A stretch of DNA of 64,000 nt, taken from contig CAWIAD010000001.1 in the NCBI GenBank assembly GCA_963833985.1, positions 2,432,001 to 2,496,000 of the forward strand, in the 5' to 3' direction. Under the pieces are notes generated by a model. That model ran no database searches and was not told the origin of the DNA. It saw only the letters and a program-made list of their open reading frames with translations. The DNA comes from an uncultured Planctomycetaceae bacterium. Lineage in GTDB: Bacteria > Planctomycetota > Planctomycetia > Isosphaerales > Isosphaeraceae. Of the stretch, positions 37,998-47,197 are shown piece by piece. Each line of letters begins with the position of its first letter. Position 1 is the stretch's first letter. Position numbers and translations under genes: made by a program.

Positions 37998-39154
37998 ATG
38001 CCCTGGCCTGCGATCGAACTCCATGCATATGAGCAATGCAGCCAGATGGTGCTTGACCAACTCGCTGCGGCCGGCGCAGGTGACACCGCACACGCTGGCG
38101 CCAGCCTGCTCGTGCACCTTCGCAATACCCAGAAGATCCTGGAACGCTGGCAATGCCCACCCGGGCTCTGCCTGGCCGGTCTGTGCCACAGCGTCTATGG
38201 TGCCGTGTTCCCCCTCCGTCAAGCCGCCCGCCGGCGTGTGGCTGACTGGATCGGGGCCGAGGCTGAGCGCGTTGTCTGGTTCATCGCTACCGTGCACGCT
38301 GATGAGGTCGCGCGTCGGCTACTGGTCGTACCGACCGGTGACGCTAACATGATTTTGGCTCGTGCTGCCCTCGTGCTAGTGGCCAGCGACTTCGAGCAAC
38401 TCGGTCGCGTGCTGTTGTCCCCACGTCAGATCGAGCAACAACGACACCTCGCCATCCAGTGTCTACACTGGCTGCCCGAAGACGCCCGTGCCGACCTAGT
38501 GCGGCTCTACGCGGTTAGCCCCGACTCTACCGACACCGACTGGTCTCGCAGTACCGCCGAGGTCTATGACGCTGAAGCACGTAGGTACAATGCCCTCCGC
38601 GAGCTCACCTCCGACGACGTTCAATTGCTCCAACTGGTCGAGAAGCTGCTGCCGCCCGGGCGCGGGTGCTCGATCTGGGTTGCGGCAGCGGCGAGCCGAT
38701 CATGCGCCGCCTAACCGGCCGTTTCACCGTTGTAGGTCTGGACATCTCCAGCGAGCAACTAGCCCTAGCGCAACGCGCCCGAATAACAGCGCGGCTTGTG
38801 CGAGCCGACATGCTGCACCTGCCCTTCCCCGACTCGGCGTTCGATGGCGTGTGCTCCTACTATGCCATCGTTCATGTACCGCGCGTGAGACACGCACTGA
38901 TTCTTCGCGAGCTGCGCCGCGTGTTACGGCCAGGTGGCTGGGCACTCATTTGCCTTGGGGCCAAAGACGTCCCGGCCTGGCAAGACGTAGCCTTGCTCGG
39001 CCGCCCGATCTTGTTCAGCCATTACGACGTTAATGAGAACCTCGAGATGCTCGCGGAGCAGGGTCTGGCTATCCGTTGGTCATATATCGTGGGCGCAGAC
39101 ACTGCAGCGGCATTTCTCTTCGCTCTGGTTCAGGCTGAGGAGGACCCTGCGTGA
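37998..39154 (+). pseudogene. DUF6817 domain plus class I SAM methyltransferase, split by a 1-nt frameshift near 38660
   Basis: HAGASLLVHL...GLCHSVYG...IGAEAE; adding one G at CCC GGG (38655-38660) gives LPPGARVLDLGCGSGEP and joins ORF 38666-39154 (GLDIS, ADML, RVLRPGG). Confidence 0.78.
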
Positions 39155-40164
39155 TACCCGATAGACTGGTCCTGGAACGGCGATGCTTCCCGACCCGGAT
39201 TGCAGCCGAGCGCGCTTTACGTGGGCTCTACCGTGATCGGTGGCCCGTGCTGGTCGGCGAGACCGCCCACGAGCGGCTTTATTGCATTGAAGACGCGTTA
39301 GTCGGCCGCCCAGCTCGCGATCCGAATCTCGCCTGCAACCTTCGAGAAATCCTAGGGATTAGCCCGGAAGAGGCGGCCCACTTCCGCAGTTTTCGGGCCA
39401 GACATGGCGGTTGCAGGCTCACTACATTGCAGCACACGTGGGCACTAGAGGCCCTGAGCAAATGGGCCACGAGGCGTCACCCCGGCGATCCACCGCCTCT
39501 GTTACTGCACGTGGACGCGCACGACGACCTTCAGCCGCCCAGTCTCGTTGCAACTACTGATCCATGGATCTACCAAGCACCTGTAGGTGGGGACGTACTC
39601 GACCTCCACGACCCAGCTACGGTATCTCCGTTCGTAGAGCGTGGACTCATCGGCATTGGGGGCTTCCTGGTTCCAATCCTGCACGCCTTGGTAGCCGCTC
39701 AGGTCGTGTGGTTGCACCCACTTGAGGTTCGGCCCGCAAATACTCAGGCCAGCCTGCGGTCCGCCACCGAGCCATTTCTATTTTTTGGAGGGTGCTTCCA
39801 ACGGCCGATCATTGAGGTCGAGCCATGTGACGTAGAATCGGCCCATCCTTTACGCCTGCTCGCGACGGATAACTTGTCGTCCCTAGTATCGTGGCTCACG
39901 CCAGGCCCCGTGCTCGTTGACATCGACTTCGATTACTTCTGCAACCTCTATGACGATAGCCAGGTTCGGCCCCAAGAGCCACCGTCCCACAATGAGGTAT
40001 TAGACCACATCGATCGGTTCGCCAGCGAGTTGGGTCGCATCCTGAGGAACCACCGCGTCGAGCTTGTCACACTAGCGTTGTCGCCAGAATTCTTCCCGTC
40101 TGCCTACTGGCCCAGGTGCCTTGAGAGGCTCGAGGAACTCGGCGATTGTTTACTCGAAGCGTAG
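39151..40164 (+). CDS. UPF0489 / arginase-fold metalloenzyme (candidate peptide arginase)
   Basis: QH, LHVDAHDDL (DxHxD), VDIDFDYF (DxD), LSPEF; GTGA overlap with the methyltransferase. Confidence 0.75.
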   Translation: MIPDRLVLERRCFPTRIAAERALRGLYRDRWPVLVGETAHERLYCIEDALVGRPARDPNLACNLREILGISPEEAAHFRSFRARHGGCRLTTLQHTWALEALSKWATRRHPGDPPPLLLHVDAHDDLQPPSLVATTDPWIYQAPVGGDVLDLHDPATVSPFVERGLIGIGGFLVPILHALVAAQVVWLHPLEVRPANTQASLRSATEPFLFFGGCFQRPIIEVEPCDVESAHPLRLLATDNLSSLVSWLTPGPVLVDIDFDYFCNLYDDSQVRPQEPPSHNEVLDHIDRFASELGRILRNHRVELVTLALSPEFFPSAYWPRCLERLEELGDCLLEA

Positions 40165-40572
40165 TACGTTAGCCCGGTATTCCGCCGCGATGTCCAGCGG
40201 GCTGCGCAAGGACACAGGCTGTCGTCGCGGCGGAATACCGGGCCGTTGGACGAAACCGGCCGCGGCATCCCCATTCCGCGATGTCGCATCGAATTTCAAT
40301 TTGCCACCCGGGAGCCAACTTGGGGAATTGTATCCCGGCTCAACTGATGTCACCAGCTTGGACTCGAGATCGAGGCTGGCAACCTGAGCCAGTCACCAGG
40401 GATTGAGGCAAAGTATCGCCGGCTAATATGAGGATCGCCGGAATTGATCCGATCGTGACGAGCGTCAAGGGGGGACCAATCGCGGACCATGCTCGGCGCG
40501 GAGAATGAGCGACCGGTCCCAGCCGAAGCAAGTGGCGATGGAACCGGGAGATGCGTTTCAGGTGCATTCGAG

Positions 40573-41970
40573 TCATGAGCTATCGAGAATGGGAATGCGT
40601 TGACGTTCTTCGTGCCCGGGTCGGGCGGCTCGCCAGATCGTTTGCAGGTAACCCACGCCACAGCCGGGGCAGCGGTCCTCGACCAGAACCGCGGCTGGCG
40701 GCGCAGCGGGGGACGAGGCGAGCGAGGCCGTGTCAGCCGATGCGACAATGAGCGAAACCAGGACCACCAGTATGGAAATGCCCATGCGTGACGGCGATGC
40801 CGACTCGAACTCGACCAGAGACGGCGCTGGTCCCGCCCCAGTTGGCGACTGGTCGCTGTCCGTCGAACCACGACTGTCGCCCGATGGCGGCGACTTGGTC
40901 TCTGGGGCCGCCAGCGCGCGGCACAACGCCAAGCGCTCACCGCGATCTCGGTGGGCCAAGATTCCATATTGCCGAATCCGCACCAACCCCTTGGGAATAA
41001 TGTGCATCGCGAACCGGCGCACGAATTCCACCGCGTCCAGCGTCATCTCCTTGCGTCGGCAACCGTCGGCATAGTCCTTCCAGGTGAAGGTGACCCGATC
41101 GTTCTGGAGCTTCACCAGGCGGCGATTGCTCAAGGCGACTCGGTGCGTGTACCCAGTTAAGTACTTAAGCACCTGTTCAGGTCCGCCGAAGGGTTCCTTG
41201 GCAAAGACGATCCATTCCTTCTGGTACAACGCTCGTATCAATGCCCCCCAGGCCGCCGGGCTCTTCAGGGGCAAGGTGCTCCCCGCGAACTGGAGTTGGC
41301 CGGCTTGGTAAGCCGCGCGCAAGGCCGCCAGGTACTTGCCGCGGAAAACCGGGCTGAGAACCTTGACCGACAAGAACCAGTTGGGCCGGCACGACACCCA
41401 GCGTGGTGCCTGGTCGCCAGGGTCAGTCGCGGCGTTTCCCGAGGTTTTGGCGGGGACCGCCAACCCGCCGCCGGGCACCACACAGTGAACGTGGGGATGA
41501 TGCTCGAGCTGCTGCCCCCACGTGTGCAAGACCATCAGCACCCCGATCCGTGCTCCCAGGTGCTTGGGGTCGGCCGCCACCTCCATGAGAGTCTCCTTGG
41601 CGGCGTCGAAGAGCAGCCGATACAAGAACTGGCGGTTGCCCAAGGCCAGCGCGCTGAGCTCGTGGGGCAAGGTGAAGACGACGTGGAAGTAGGGCACGGG
41701 CAGGAGGTCGGCCTGACATTTGGCCAGCCAGGCTGCCCGCTTGCTCCCACCGCACTGGGGACAGCTTCGGTTGCCGCAGGAATGATAGTGGTACCGTACC
41801 TCGCTGCAGTGATCGCACTGGGTGACGTGACCGCCCAGGGCGGCCGTGCGGCAGAGCGCCAGGTCGTGTAGCGTCTGCCGCACATGGGGGCACTGGGGCC
41901 AACGGTTCAGGAACTCGGCTCCATACCGCCGCACGAGTTGACCGAAGGTCAGGGGCTGGTCGATGGACCC
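40573..41970 (-). CDS. IS91-family Y2 transposase with zinc-binding domain (start uncertain)
   Basis: CRTAALGG...CDHC...SCGNRSCPQC, YFHVVFTLP, LHTWG...HPHVH, YLTGYTHR, RIRQYG. Confidence 0.92.
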   Translation of the reverse strand, partial: GSIDQPLTFGQLVRRYGAEFLNRWPQCPHVRQTLHDLALCRTAALGGHVTQCDHCSEVRYHYHSCGNRSCPQCGGSKRAAWLAKCQADLLPVPYFHVVFTLPHELSALALGNRQFLYRLLFDAAKETLMEVAADPKHLGARIGVLMVLHTWGQQLEHHPHVHCVVPGGGLAVPAKTSGNAATDPGDQAPRWVSCRPNWFLSVKVLSPVFRGKYLAALRAAYQAGQLQFAGSTLPLKSPAAWGALIRALYQKEWIVFAKEPFGGPEQVLKYLTGYTHRVALSNRRLVKLQNDRVTFTWKDYADGCRRKEMTLDAVEFVRRFAMHIIPKGLVRIRQYGILAHRDRGERLALCRALAAPETKSPPSGDSRGSTDSDQSPTGAGPAPSLVEFESASPSRMGISILVVLVSLIVASADTASLASSPAAPPAAVLVEDRCPGCGVGYLQTIWRAARPGHEERQRIPILDSS

Positions 41971-42803
41971 TGCGGCGGGGGCAGACGGTCGAGCGGGCTG
42001 ACCACCTGTCGCAGTCCCGCCAAGGTGACGTGCGTGTATAGAGCCGTGGTCCCGATCCGATGATGGCCCAGCAAAGCTTGAATCGTGCGGGTGTCGACTC
42101 CCGCTTCCAGGAGATGGGTGGCATGGCAGTGGCGCAGAGTGTGCGGTGTGATCCGCGGCAGGCCCGCGTCGCGGCAGGCCCGCTTGCAGGCTTTCTGCGC
42201 CGTCGCGGCGTTCAGGGGTCGATGGCGATCCTTGCCCGGAAACATCCATTCTGTCGGCCTCGTTGCACGCCAGTAGGCACGCAGTTCTTCCAGGAGTCGA
42301 GGGGAGAGTGGCACCAGCCGTTCCTTCTGTCCCTTGCCCACCACCCGCACCACCATTCGGCTGCTGTCGATCTGTGCGGCGGTCAGGTGCAAGGCTTCGC
42401 TGATCCGTAACCCGGTGGCGTAGATGGTCCGCAGTACCATCCGGACGGTCCGGTCGCGCACGGTGTCGAGGAAGAGGGCCACCTGTTGGGGTGAGCGGAC
42501 CGCCGGCAACAGTTTGGGCCGCTTGCCGTAGGGGAGCCGTGTGACCACCGTGTCACTGGGATAGGTTACCCGATAAAAGAAGCGGAGGGCGGCCACGGCC
42601 TGATTGTAGGACGACCACGAGACCTTTCTGTGGTGGAGAAGATGCAGCAGATAGCGATGGACCTGCTCGTTGTCGAGTTGATCGGGGGATTGGTTGAAGT
42701 GGCGTGCCAGCTCGCGGAGGTGGAAGACGTAAGCCTCGATGGTCTTGGGCGAGCGGTTGCGTAGCTGAAGGTCTTCGATCAAGTGTTGCCGGAGCGGAGT
42801 CAT
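41949..42803 (-). CDS. Tyrosine recombinase associated with the IS91-like transposase
   Basis: MTPLRQHLIEDLQLRN, TGLRISE, GKGQKER, HTLRH, LLGH, TALYTH. Confidence 0.93.
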   Translation of the reverse strand: MTPLRQHLIEDLQLRNRSPKTIEAYVFHLRELARHFNQSPDQLDNEQVHRYLLHLLHHRKVSWSSYNQAVAALRFFYRVTYPSDTVVTRLPYGKRPKLLPAVRSPQQVALFLDTVRDRTVRMVLRTIYATGLRISEALHLTAAQIDSSRMVVRVVGKGQKERLVPLSPRLLEELRAYWRATRPTEWMFPGKDRHRPLNAATAQKACKRACRDAGLPRITPHTLRHCHATHLLEAGVDTRTIQALLGHHRIGTTALYTHVTLAGLRQVVSPLDRLPPPQGPSTSP

Positions 42804-42974
42804 GGTGAGGATTCCCGTGGAAAGCAAGAAAATCGCGTGGTCAGACCGCCGCGACAAACATGCCACAGGAAGGGCTCTGGCGCAAATCGTCATAACCGGA
42901 ATGATCGGCACAACCGGTATCAGGTGGGGAGAGGAGGAAAAAGCGCCCCGCGAGCGAGGAAAGGGCAAGGGTCG

Positions 42975-43122
42975 GTAAGGTCTACCGTAAGGTTTCGTTC
43001 AACTATAGGTTTTACGGGGGGGTGATTCAGCGCACTTCTTAACCAACTCGGGGGGGCGATTCAGCGCACCAGGGGGGGGGATTCAGCGTGGATAACTTCG
43101 TTAACGGACCGACTTATCCACA
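42975..43122. other. Putative plasmid oriV: three iterons and two inverted DnaA boxes
   Basis: G-run + GATTCAGCG at ~43016, ~43050, ~43072; CGTGGATAA 43087-43095 and TTATCCACA 43114-43122; next to repA. Confidence 0.75.
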
Positions 43123-43164
43123 GGGGGTGACCGCACGCCCAATCCTGCCAGACTGAAGGTTGCC

Positions 43165-44097
43165 TTACTGATCGGGGGGGGGTGACTCGCGGAGGAGGAT
43201 GCCACCGGGAACGTCTTCGATCCTGGCGTCTGGATAAACGAGCCAGACCTTCCGTAGGACATCGCGGAACTCCCGTTTGAAGTCCTTGGAGTTTTTGTAT
43301 TCCTGGCCGAATTGCTCTCGCAGGTTCTCCCAACTCAGCATGACTCCGCCTGGCTGTCTGATCCGGCAGAGCCGGTGGGCCAGCCACGTGTAAACGTCGA
43401 GAGCAAGGGCCGAATGCTTGAGGGCCGAGAGTGCCCGATAATCGAGGGGCACCGCGTGCTGGGCCAGTGTCTCGTAGAAATCGGTCGAGAGTTCCAGGAC
43501 GCCGGGCCACAAAGTCTGCTGTTGCCCGTCGTGTTGAAACCAAGCCTCGAATCGCTTGATCGGCTTGGCATCGACCGTGACGACCTTTCCCTGGGAACTC
43601 ATCCCGATGGTTAGGCGGCAAGCGGCCAGAGCTTCCATCTGCTTCCGAAACGTAGTGTATCCGCCGCGTTCGCCGCCGTTGGTCTGAATGCCCAGTGTCT
43701 GCAAGAATTGCCGCATGCTGTCGCCCAGTTCGACGCGACGGTCTTGCGTGCGGATCGCTTCGGAACTGAGGTGGACCATGACGAGGCGGGGCGTAGTCCC
43801 GTAGGGCAACGGTTGCGGCTTCCATTCCTTGCCGGTCCACAGTTTACCGGCTTCGAGCAGGATGCTGAACGGGCCATTATGCCGCTCGAAGACGCGAGCC
43901 TCAGTTGCTCGTCGCGGCATTCCGACCTGGCACATCACGGTGTGCAGGAAGTCGGTTCGATCGGGTGGCTCGCTGAGGATTCGGTCGTAGGCTTCGACGA
44001 TTCGATCGGCCACGGGACGACGTGAACGCTTCGGGGCTTCCCTCGTCGTGAGCGAATCTTGGCTTTGGAATTGTGCTTCAGGTTCCTGTGTGGTCAC
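43165..44097 (-). CDS. repA: Plasmid replication initiator (RepA_C / IncW-like)
   Basis: FLHTVMCQVGMP, LPYGTTPRL, LWPGVLELS, HAVPLD, SALALDVYTWLAHRL, LREQFG. Confidence 0.88.
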   Translation of the reverse strand: MTTQEPEAQFQSQDSLTTREAPKRSRRPVADRIVEAYDRILSEPPDRTDFLHTVMCQVGMPRRATEARVFERHNGPFSILLEAGKLWTGKEWKPQPLPYGTTPRLVMVHLSSEAIRTQDRRVELGDSMRQFLQTLGIQTNGGERGGYTTFRKQMEALAACRLTIGMSSQGKVVTVDAKPIKRFEAWFQHDGQQQTLWPGVLELSTDFYETLAQHAVPLDYRALSALKHSALALDVYTWLAHRLCRIRQPGGVMLSWENLREQFGQEYKNSKDFKREFRDVLRKVWLVYPDARIEDVPGGILLRESPPPDQ

Positions 44098-44419
44098 TAT
44101 CGCAATTACGGGTTGTTACAAAATCGTCTTTCTGCATTTCCGTGATGGGCGCACTTGCGGTCACCACGGGTTCACTTGCTCGCTCGACTGCTGGACTCTC
44201 CGGTTTGAATCGCTTTTCAAGAAGTGCTCGAACCACGTCCGCCATCTGGTCGCCGTTCAAGGCACACTGGCTCTTGACCCGCTGGTGAAGTGACTTGGGT
44301 ATGTCGATCGTGAGCCGCTTCATCGGTTCATTTGAACGCGATCGGTCGGAGATCCAGTCGTCGGGCGAGGTTGGTCCAGACGTCGATGTTGGTTTGCGGC
44401 CGATGGTGATCTTCTTCAT
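44078..44419 (-). CDS. Ribbon-helix-helix partition protein (ParG-like)
   Basis: MKRLTIDIPKSLHQRVKSQCA...MADVVRALL; coupled to parA. Confidence 0.8.
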   Translation of the reverse strand: MKKITIGRKPTSTSGPTSPDDWISDRSRSNEPMKRLTIDIPKSLHQRVKSQCALNGDQMADVVRALLEKRFKPESPAVERASEPVVTASAPITEMQKDDFVTTRNCDSDHTGT

Positions 44420-45045
44420 GCGGCGAAAACCACGATTTCATCTACCAAGGCGAGCAGTTCCTTTCCTGCCGGGTGGTTTGGGGCCGTCTCGAAGACGGTC
44501 TGTCCCTGGGCGGCCGACTCCGCCAGGGCGACCCGCTGGCAGATCGCGGTATTCATCACCGGGATCGGATAATCGGCCAGAGCATCGACCACGTCACACC
44601 CGAGAGCCGTATTCACGATTTTGCGATTAATCGCAAAGGCGGATTTCAGGTCCGGTTTGAAGACCGTGGCCTCTTGCATGAGGTCGATAATCTCCTTCGC
44701 GGCCCAAACGTCGTAGGGCGAAGGTTGCACGGGCACCACCACCAGGTCGCTCGCCATGATCGCGGATCGGGCCACGTCGTAAACACGGGGCGGGCCGTCG
44801 ATGATCACGACGTCGTAACCTCGGGCTAGAGTTGGCAGCTCTTTGTGGAGAGATGCCCTGGGCAGTCCGGCGACGGGGAACAACGATTCACCCCGGCGAG
44901 CGGCTGCCCAATCGAGGGCCGAGCCTTGAGGGTCGGCGTCGACGAGCAGGACGCGCTGATGGCAACGGGCGAGTGCTTCGGCGACATGGATCGCGAGGGT
45001 CGTCTTACCCACGCCGCCTTTTTGGTTGAGAAAACTAACGATCAT
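44416..45045 (-). CDS. parA: Type Ib ParA partition ATPase
   Basis: NQKGGVGKTT, DADPQGS, IIDGPP, PVQPSPYD. Confidence 0.93.
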   Translation of the reverse strand: MIVSFLNQKGGVGKTTLAIHVAEALARCHQRVLLVDADPQGSALDWAAARRGESLFPVAGLPRASLHKELPTLARGYDVVIIDGPPRVYDVARSAIMASDLVVVPVQPSPYDVWAAKEIIDLMQEATVFKPDLKSAFAINRKIVNTALGCDVVDALADYPIPVMNTAICQRVALAESAAQGQTVFETAPNHPAGKELLALVDEIVVFAA

Positions 45046-45143
45046 TGATGCCTCTCTGAAATACGATTTTGCGGAATTGCGATTCACCGAGTAGCACGAT
45101 TTTTCGAGATGGTCAAACACGAAGTTGAAGGCAGGCGTCTTCT

Positions 45144-45951
45144 CCGAGTAGAGAGGGGACGCACAGCAAACCACCGAAGCTGGATTATCCCAATGTCCAT
45201 GAAGCGTCTGGGATAGACGCGCTCCGGGTTCCTGTGTTTTCCCCTCCCCCTCTGAAATTCCGTACGGCGGGTTTTCCCCAGTACGGCTTCAAACAGGAAT
45301 TCGACCGCGACCTTCGCCGCCCAGCGGTTAAGCAGAGCAACTTATACGCGGCCAAAGTCTCGCTCGTCTTCCACCTAAAATGGACCTTGCGGTCAAGACC
45401 TCCCCGCGAGGGGAAGCTAAGAAGGAAAATCCCCAAGACAATCCTGTCCAGAGGTCCTTGGCTCGCCAGCGGGTTATCCTGTCCCGCCGGGTCATCGCTT
45501 ACTATGACCTCATCAGCGCCTCTCCCTCCCACTCGGCAACTTATGAATTTGCTGTCGAGTCCTCCAACCCAGATGGGCGGGGAGGGAGAGGGTCCCCATT
45601 TTACTTGGCGTGTCGGTTCATGCGTGCCATCCCCAGAACCCCGGTGGACCGGTCGGCTGCACGTGGCTGTTGCTTCACCGACCGTAGTAGCCTTCGCCAT
45701 TTCCGCCGAGGCTCGGCATCCACAGCGCCACGGAAGTTGGTTCACCCGTGGACAGTGTAACGGGGCGGACAGGTTCGCTTTCGCTACGGCCCGCATGATT
45801 GCTAGCCCCTCACCAACAAAGGACGTTTACGATCAAGCTTTCGCTGGGCGAGTCACCCCAACCCAACGTCGATTATGACTACGCGGGCAAACAGCCTATT
45901 CCCGCGGCCGGACTCACACCGGCAAGACACACCACCTTATGGGCTGCAAAC
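45144..45951 (-). ncRNA. Group II intron without an RT ORF (~810 nt)
   Basis: Minus strand: 5' GTTTGCAGCCC; domain V GAAGCCGTACTGGGGAAAACCCGCCGTACGGAATTTC (45290-45254); domain VI ending GCGTCCCCTCTCTACTC. Confidence 0.82.
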
Positions 45952-47011
45952 GGAAACACAGAGGTGCGGAAACACGATTTTCCGCACTCCGTTCCAGTCC
46001 ATCGCGGGCCTCGACGCCCGCTGGAACGGTTCCAGTGGGCCTATGCAGTGCATAGGGAAGACGCCTGAACCTTGAAGGGGTCTTGTCGGAGATCAAAACG
46101 CGGAAGCTCTGGCTTCCTCGACGGTAGCGATTGATCGAGGTCTTTGGGCTTGTAAAGGGACCAGGATTTCGACCGGGAGGCGGACGAATTGAACTCGCGT
46201 CTGACTGATGTCATGAGGGACCACGAAACAGCGACGATGACGAGCAGCCGAGGATGGCTGCCACCACAGCCGACGGATCGAAGTCCGATCAAAGAAAACG
46301 GGGCTGACCAAGATCGCCACGGACAACGCCGAGATCGGTTCATCCGGCACGAAACATCTAATCGTAGGGTCCGGGTATTGTCGGCCTGGAGGCATGGTGC
46401 AAAGGCCGATCGGCTGTGCCGTTGAGCGACCGACGGGAGCGACCCTGAACCGGCGAACCCTTCTTGCCTTTCTCCCTCGTATCCCCGGCGGGGACGGAAG
46501 GGGGAACAGCACGAAGCGCCGCGTACTCGCGGCCACCGCTCAAGCAAACCGGCCGGTTTCGCCCCCCATGAGACATGGGGCGAAACTGAGACGGAACAAA
46601 CATCGGCCGGAGCCCAGCGACCCACCGCCAGGCGACGAACGCGCGGCCCGGATGAACGACATGGAAGTTGGGCGTCCGGGTCGCCCGTCGCCGATCGCAC
46701 CAGTGGGATAAGCGAGGACATAGGGCAACGCGGCTCGAAGACCCCGCCTTGACTTTGGCAGCGTCCTGAGCGCGGGTCTTGAAAGCGAGAAGACGCAAGT
46801 ACGCCCGCAAGCCTTGGGTTCCGGTTAGTCAATCTCCTCCGTCTGCGGCGTTACAGACTGACGGTTGATCCCACCTGGAACCGGTAGATTCTCGAACTCT
46901 CAAGAGACTTGGCGTTTGGGGCTTGATCGAAATCGGACGGTGTGATGCGGATGTCGGCGAGAGTGAGGGCGCTGAGCATGGCACGGGCGGCACGATGGGT
47001 CGTTTGGGCCA

Positions 47012-47197
47012 TCACTCGCCTGAGGTTGGCCTACTGTTCTCACCGAGGTTCTTCGTTTTGAGTGCCTCCTCGAAGTAGGCGTATGCACGCTGGCGAGTGG
47101 CCTCGCTGTCGGGCCAGTTTTGCTGAATCTGTGCCTGCTGCAAATACGCAGTGAGCGAACACGCGTGAAAAAGATCGTCCAGGATGTCGTCGGTCAT
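47012..47197 (-). CDS. Hypothetical leading-region protein
   Basis: ATGA-coupled to the upstream gene; GGAGG RBS. Confidence 0.65.
   Translation of the reverse strand: MTDDILDDLFHACSLTAYLQQAQIQQNWPDSEATRQRAYAYFEEALKTKNLGENSRPTSGE

Larger units (their letters stand above)
40573..42960 (-). mobile_element. IS91-like two-gene element (ends approximate)
   Basis: Known pairing of a recombinase and an IS91 transposase; termini not identified. Confidence 0.7.

Noticed and set aside
40573..42803. Integron
   Set aside because: No attC cassette array seen; the recombinase is the type paired with IS91-like transposases
45185..45796. Intron-encoded reverse transcriptase
   Set aside because: No YADD or other RT motifs and too short; at most a small remnant
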